NCBI RefSeq assembly: GCF_001194135.2
Contig: NC_069001.1
Location: forward strand, 37,144,060-37,182,754
DNA: 38,695 bases
DNA from: Octopus bimaculoides
Lineage: Eukaryota
Direction of reading: 5' to 3'
Below, piece by piece: positions 32,344 to 38,695 of the stretch. Under the pieces are notes generated by a model. It had not been told where the DNA came from. It ran no database searches and saw nothing but the letters and a program-made list of their open reading frames with translations. Position 1 is the first letter of the stretch. Each line of letters starts with the position of its first letter. The translations under genes were made by a program, and so were the position numbers.

Positions 32344-33350
32344 AATTATTCTTACCACTTTTAATTCCTATTTTCTTCTTGTATATTTCCATCAACTGTG
32401 ATCTTTGTTGATATCTGAATAAAATGAAACTCCTCTGTAAATTTTTCCAGGTTTATGTAGAATTCCAATCATTCTTGAACATTACAGACAGAGATATAGT
32501 AAAATTGTTATTATGATAATTTCAGTTCAAAGAAAATTTTTCACAGAAATTCCACCATGGATTATATGCATAGGGTTGTATCTGTTTAGTATAACATCTT
32601 CCTTCATTTTTGCAAAGATGATAAATACTGACGATGAAACTTGAATAAAATATTTTTTCATGCCAATGTCATCTGATATTTCTGAAATAATAGAGAAACA
32701 ATAAGACATATAGATGGTACTTAAAACAGAGATTCAACAGCAAAAAATAGTGCTGAATGGCAAATATAAATATTCAGCTCAACAGCTTCACTTTTTAATC
32801 TGCTACCTTTAATCATAGTGACTACACAAAACCTACATGATCTGCACATATAACACAGACTACAGCTACATCTTTTCATTGTCTAACATTATCTACGTCA
32901 AACTACAGAATAGTTGGAGATAACATTCAGCTCTCTGACCAGTAAAGTCATTTGTCATTCATAGTTTAGCCCCACTATTTCTGGTTTCCCTGGAAGTGTT
33001 TACTTTGTTGGAGTTTGCTATATAATNNNNNNNNNNNNNNNNNNNNNNNNNNNNNNNNNNNNNNNNNNNNNNNNNNNNNNNNNNNNNNNNNNNNNNNNNN
33101 NNNNNNNNNNNNNNNNNNNNNNNNNNNNNNNNNNNNNNNNNNNNNNNNNNNNNNNNNNNNNNNNNNNNNNNNNNNNNNNNNNNNNNNNNNNNNNNNNNNN
33201 NNNNNNNNNNNNNNNNNNNNNNNNNNNNNNNNNNNNNNNNNNNNNNNNNNNNNNNNNNNNNNNNNNNNNNNNNNNNNNNNNNNNNNNNNNNNNNNNNNNN
33301 NNNNNNNNNNNNNNNNNNNNNNNNNNNNNNNNNNNNNNNNNNNNNNNNNN

Positions 33351-33715
33351 ATGGTTAATGCAGGTGCTTGGTAGACTAGAACAGGTGAATATCTCAGTCT
33401 CTGTGATTTTGTTTTGCCACTTTATGGAAGGAAGTTTTCTGAGGAAGCCGTTGCGAAGGTGGTTCAATTTTCTCACATAATGTTGCTAATCTGTCAACGT
33501 TTCACAGCCAGAGTATAGATGTGAGAACTATGATCCATTACACCTTGATTTTTTGTTGCCGGGGTGATGCTCTCCCGTTCCACAAGTTCCTATTTAGTCT
33601 CGCTTTAGAGTCTGACATTTGTCTTGTAATCAATGACATCGCTGGACAGTTTGCTCACAATGCATGTGAACGTACCCACTGTATTCAGTCGTTGCCCATT
33701 GATAGTAATGGAAGG
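33351..33715 (-). pseudogene. Decayed RTE-1/BovB-like ORF2 fragment (post-RT region)
   Basis: PSITINGQRLNTVGTFT..; ..TKIKV..VLTSIL.GCETLT; HYVRKLNHL..FLRKL.SIKWQNKITETEI..SLPS. Confidence 0.75.
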
Positions 33716-35083
33716 TTTAGTGTAAAACTAACAAAAAAGAAAATCTAGTGCCACGTCATTTTGAGTGAGCACACAAAATCAAAGGCAGCTGATTTCAGTT
33801 GACTATAAATTTATCACTCTTATCGTACGTAACTTCATTGTCACAAAATGAAATTACATTGCAAGCCAATATATCGTCAACAAATTCGATAATCGTCGTG
33901 GTTTTCATTCGCAGATTAGTGACATTGCTCATCAAAATTGATAACATCCTTCGCTGATCCAAAATATGCATTTGAATTAATAATTGTCATATTTCACGAA
34001 GTTTGTGACCCACTGTCCACTGACTGATACTCTCAGTGTTTCACAACCTATTTTCCCCCGTCCCCCACTATAACTTTCCAGAAAAATGTATGCCCTCACT
34101 GGTGGCATACGCAAAAAAATTGATAATTTATCAACGTCTAATAATTATATACTTTCCTGAAAGAATTATCCACACTAGATCATGAGGAAAGCGCTGTACT
34201 GTAGCAGACGGAGTTCAGACGATAATACTTGGCTGGAGGGAATGATTTGGCTAGGCTGAGTATATGTGTTATATGATTGCTGTGATAAACAAAAGATTTT
34301 CACAATTTCATGTCCCCCCCCCAAAAAAGGGAAAAAACTTGATCCCCAAGTCCTACCGGTGGGACATATATCCAATATTGGGAACCACTGCCCTAACTTG
34401 TTTGTAGAGGCACAAAGGTTGACAACTCCTGACATAGAAACTCATACGCGGCGGGGAAATAATTCAAAATATTCAGTTAATATATTATTTTTAAAACTTA
34501 AATTGGAAGATAATCAACAGTATCAACAACACTAAACATAAATGTTGGCAGTATTAAAAATATCCCCTAATTATAAACAAGGTGGGCACTGCATAGTGTC
34601 GAAACAAGAAAAACGTGCACGTGATGTGTTCAAGACAAAGATCACAAAATATTGATAGAAGAAAAGACGGCAACATGAAGAAAACATGAATAAAAAAAAT
34701 ACCTCGGATAAATCACTAGCCAGTGGGGTGGCATTATTCCAAATCTAAAACAATGGGAAGCGCATTGCGATCAGAGATGTAAAGTGCTATCTGATTGTCT
34801 AATCGATATTGTGATGAATAACAACCATCGTTAATCAGTTTTGTTATGTGTGTTGATCGACGGCGAAGTCTTTACTGCTACATGTATACATACACATAAA
34901 TATGAATGTAGATAAATATAATAATTTTTTTTTTCAAGCTAAATAAATTTTCCTTTCGCAGCTGGCAACATTCAAAAGCGTCAGCAAGATATACTTCTCA
35001 ATGGCAGTGTAAAATCCATATCCGGTTGAGCATGCGTAGTAAATCGTGTCATAGAACTCCTACGTCGTGTCGTCTCAAATATT

Positions 35084-35217
35084 GATTTTAAATTTAGGCA
35101 CGAAGCCAGCGATTTTGTGGGAAGGGTAAATCGATTACATCGACTCCGAAAGGATGAAAGGCAAAGTCGATCTCGACGGAACTTGAACTCAGAGCTAACG
35201 ATTTTGCCGGCTCGCCA
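35084..35217 (-). mobile_element. SINE family B, internally deleted
   Basis: taggcacgaagccagc..tcgattacatcgactccgaaaggatgaaaggcaaagtcgatctcgacggaacttgaactcag. Confidence 0.65.
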
Positions 35218-37186
35218 ACGGTAGTTAGGGTTGGATGAGTGGGTTAGAATGAGTAATATTTACTGTATTCTTGACTTTGAGAAAAAAGAAATTTTTACAA
35301 ATGTTTATTACCTAACAAAAACTATATCAGCTAAGCAAATGACCTCTAAACGTGTTAAAAACACTATGGCATATTCAGAACACGATTTCTAAAAGTTATC
35401 TCCCTTCTCTTTCATATATATAAAGGACAAATTTAGGCGGGGCAAAATTAGTAAGACAAGATAGCGTAAATTTACATCTTCAGTTGTCCAGAATTACATT
35501 TAAAAAAGACTCTTATATATCAATGTCCATCCTTAGATATCAGGAAGATCAGAAATGCACCAAAACGTTTAAATAGGTGAGTCAAATGAAAGAGGGACAT
35601 GTATAAATGGCACATGATATGAAATTAATGAGACTCGACATGATATATTCTCTATAGCGTCTTTACGACCTGCAGTAGTGGTTCTCTTCATGATATAGTT
35701 ATTGGAATTAGTGATTTTGAAATTATCAAATTACACAGCGTGGAATACATCAGAGAAAAGAGGGATTTAGTCTTTCTCATTCGCAAAATAAACCCCCTTA
35801 ATTTTGCTTAGATTGCTTTCAATTTTGATGTATCGATGCAACTGAATTTTGATTACGACCAACCAATTACTTTATCTCGTAAATTAAAAAAATCGGATGC
35901 TATTTGGAATTGAAGTTGGGAAATTTGGGTTACCATTGACAACTGCACGCTATGTTGTGGTTCAAAGTTGTCTGTTCTGCTGTTGTCCATGTTGATTTTT
36001 CACACTTAGTATTTTAACAGATTTTTTCATTTCATATATTTTGGGGACTCATTGACTCAGATAGCTGGATTTATGATTTCACTATCCATAAAAATTTTAA
36101 TTAGAAGTATTCTTAAACCATTAGCTTCACATTTCAACAGCTTAACTGATATTTAGCACACGTAGCAGGAACTGAGAGGGATATCATGGAACAGAGAAAA
36201 GTGTGGATGATACAGATAATTCGACGTTATTTTTGAATTCTGCATGCAAAAACATATAAGATGCTGGTATTCTTTTCATTGGGACGAATTCGTAGTTGAC
36301 TAGTGTTATTCTCATCGTAGTTTACAAATCCAAACACGAAAACATTACTCAACTTTGGAGTTTTGAAGACAGACACCCCATTTTCACACATACACCTATT
36401 AATGATATACATAAATACATGGCAGGTATACATAACACTGAAGTATGCATAAAGTAAACACATGCAAATAAAGATATTAATAGAACAAATTTTCAAAAAA
36501 TGATAAAACCATACAATCAATGAAGAGACAAAAGAAACAGTAAAATGATACATGTTGATTTTATTACGTATTTCTGTTTATTTAGAAACCTACAATGAAC
36601 AGGTTAGACACTAAACTATAAATTTCACAGTGTACAACCTTAAAGTTGACACTGTTCTACTAAATGCAGAAAATTTCTCTCTCTCTATTGGCTAAAGATA
36701 CCCTTTTTTGATTTTTAAACCTCTGTAACTTTTTCCCCCAATTTTTTTCTCCACAACATCAAACCTTCAAAGCAATGAGACTGGAAGGCTACATTATTAT
36801 AGCCAATTTTCAGATTTTTTATTTACTTTTAAAAAATGCATATTTTGCAAATGGAAAAACTAGATTCAGAAACAATATTGATTGTAAAACACTAAAAATT
36901 ATCCACATATTTTATTAGCAACCTCAATTACAATCGTGTCAAAGTTGTGTCTCGAAATAAAAGTACCTGTCACATGACTATATTTGGCTCTCAGCTTCAA
37001 CAATAACAATTATGTTGTCCAATTTCAACGCCCAAATATGGTGGAATAGCACATAAAGAGGATACATTACTTGCAATGTAATGGTTTCAAAGAAGTAGGG
37101 GGAAATAAGGAAAATTAGAAATGACTCATTGTGCCTCACCCCTGCACTTGTGCTGACTTTGTTGGCATTATTTACGTCTAAATTAC

Positions 37187-37388
37187 GGCGGTGAGCAGGC
37201 AGATTCATTAGCATGCCGGGCGAAATGCTGTTGTTATGTTCTGAGCTCAAATTCTGCCAAGGTCGACTTTGCCTTTCATCCTTTCCGGGTCGATAAATTA
37301 AGTACCAGTGAAACACTAGGGATGATGTAATCGACTAGTCTCCATCTGACAAATTTCAGGCCTTGCACCTATAGTAGAAAGGATTATT
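37187..37388 (+). mobile_element. SINE family B, near full length
   Basis: ggcggtgagcaggcaga head, B-box-like gagctcaaattc, ggtcgactttgcctttcatcctttccgggtcgataaattaagtaccagt, tail aggccttgcacctatagtagaaaggattatt. Confidence 0.75.
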
Positions 37389-38184
37389 TGCATCTGAGTT
37401 GTCCATCTCCTCATTACAGGTTCGCTCATCAATCACAGCTTATCCAGGTTCGTCCTGGATATCTGCTTTAGAATTTGGAGCTTCTTCCAGCTGGTTTAAA
37501 AGTTCACCTTTTGAATCTAAGACAGAGAAGTCCATTCCTTTAACTCTTTCCATAGTTGAGCAACCTTTATGTTACTATATTGGTTCCTTGCAATATCTTT
37601 TGTGGAGAGTGGATTCTTTACCAATATATAGAAACAAATTTATAGTATTAAAGTATAAAAAAACAGGAAAAAGAGATGAGAAAGAAGGGAGAACGATGGG
37701 GAAAAGCAAAGGAGAGACTATTTTCTGTTGTCAGTTTTCTGTGTTCTTTGCAATTTTATTGCAATTGTTTCCAAATTTGGTGCACTAACATTAGTTTGTA
37801 CACTAATTTTGAAAAGGAAAATTATTTTTACTTAAGTTAAGAAATAAAAAGTTAACAGCTTTTAAATTTTGAGTAATTGTAACCAATCAAAAGTCAAACA
37901 CATTGGTGTCTGTTTCCATAGAAACAAGCGGAGTGTAGTCTGCTTAAAACTATCATCACTTGTATTTTCTTTACCTATCTATTTTCTGAATAACTGTATG
38001 TCATTTTCAACTGTGTTATTTACAGAAATGGATATTTTTGGCTGCGATCCTGCCACTACATCATTCTAAACAGTGTTTTTCTGAACTCCAATCCTAAACC
38101 CTAACATACAGTTGGTTTGTTTTGTAATATTTCGTCTGTTTCACATGACTTTATTAATTATGAGAAATATATTTTCATCCACCC

Positions 38185-38626
38185 AAACGCAATTCCTTGA
38201 TGAACATTTTTTACGAAGTAAAAACCAAAAAGATTTCATTAATTAGCTTTTTTTTATTGTTTAAATCACAAAGCATTCGATTGCTAAATACATAAAATTT
38301 AACACGGAATATAGAATAGATACAAATATGAATGAAGAGAAGATCGATTTTATACGAACACCAAAAATTATCTTTGATAGAAATTGTTTGTTGAAGACTC
38401 ATTATTTTCATTAATTTGCTGGAGTATATACATGAAAGTATATAAGATATCATACTTATAGCCCAATGTGGCACGATGAAATAATTTCTTTTATCATTTG
38501 CAATTTGTAAACTGTACAGTGATGTTATCCCTGAATTATGAGAATAAATTTCTCAGTTATTTACCCACAAAGTTCAATAAATTCATTATATTCTGCTTTC
38601 CCTCAGGAAATACATTAGCTACAATA
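38185..38626. repeat. Segmental duplicate of 30727-31209
   Basis: Near-identical direct repeat. Confidence 0.9.
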
Positions 38627-38695
38627 TATATATTTTCTGAAACAATACTTTTCTTAAAACTATCAAAGTGCTAAGTTATGTGAACGTAGATATTA

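Noticed and set aside
34320-34395. hAT/Charlie-like end (ttgggaaccactg); similar tagtggtttcca at about 16949 and 19386
   Set aside because: No partner TIR or TSD could be paired, so no element could be delimited.
35222-35250. Isolated ttagggtt and cctaaaccctaac (about 38093) as interstitial telomere
   Set aside because: Only one or two units, with no surrounding TIR structure.
37399-37788. 129-aa plus-strand ORF
   Set aside because: No recognisable domain; the homologous block at 28431-28551 does not preserve the frame.

Overview
AT-rich eukaryotic DNA with seven assembly gaps, most likely from an octopus/coleoid cephalopod. This is inferred from the KRAB-less [16 protein letters not shown] zinc-finger style and the repeat families; it was not verified by search. 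The window is part of a tandem C2H2 zinc-finger gene cluster with five ZNF loci in mixed orientation: a 3' fragment at 2-265 (+), a complete 22-finger ORF at 4837-6756 (-), a gap-truncated fragment at 16645-16848 (-), a complete 15-finger ORF at 21728-23185 (+) and a gap-truncated ORF at 31652-32343 (-). Between them lie tRNA-derived SINEs, RTE LINE fragments, an R4/Dong-type LINE 3' end, an internally deleted mariner and a Tc1/mariner N-terminal fragment. The most notable observations are: (1) an uninterrupted Merlin/IS1595-type transposase ORF without visible TIRs, plus two Merlin-signature MITEs (GG termini, 8-bp TSDs, internal telomeric repeats); (2) a tRNA-headed SINE carrying a minimal type I hammerhead-ribozyme fold; (3) a frame-preserved ~35-codon peptide in the 5' leader of three ZNF paralogues; (4) an inverted duplication carrying mirror-image ETS sites between head-to-head ZNF genes; (5) a recent 6-finger internal duplication with changes concentrated in recognition helices. 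All alignments were done by eye, repeat boundaries are approximate, and family names come from recalled motifs.
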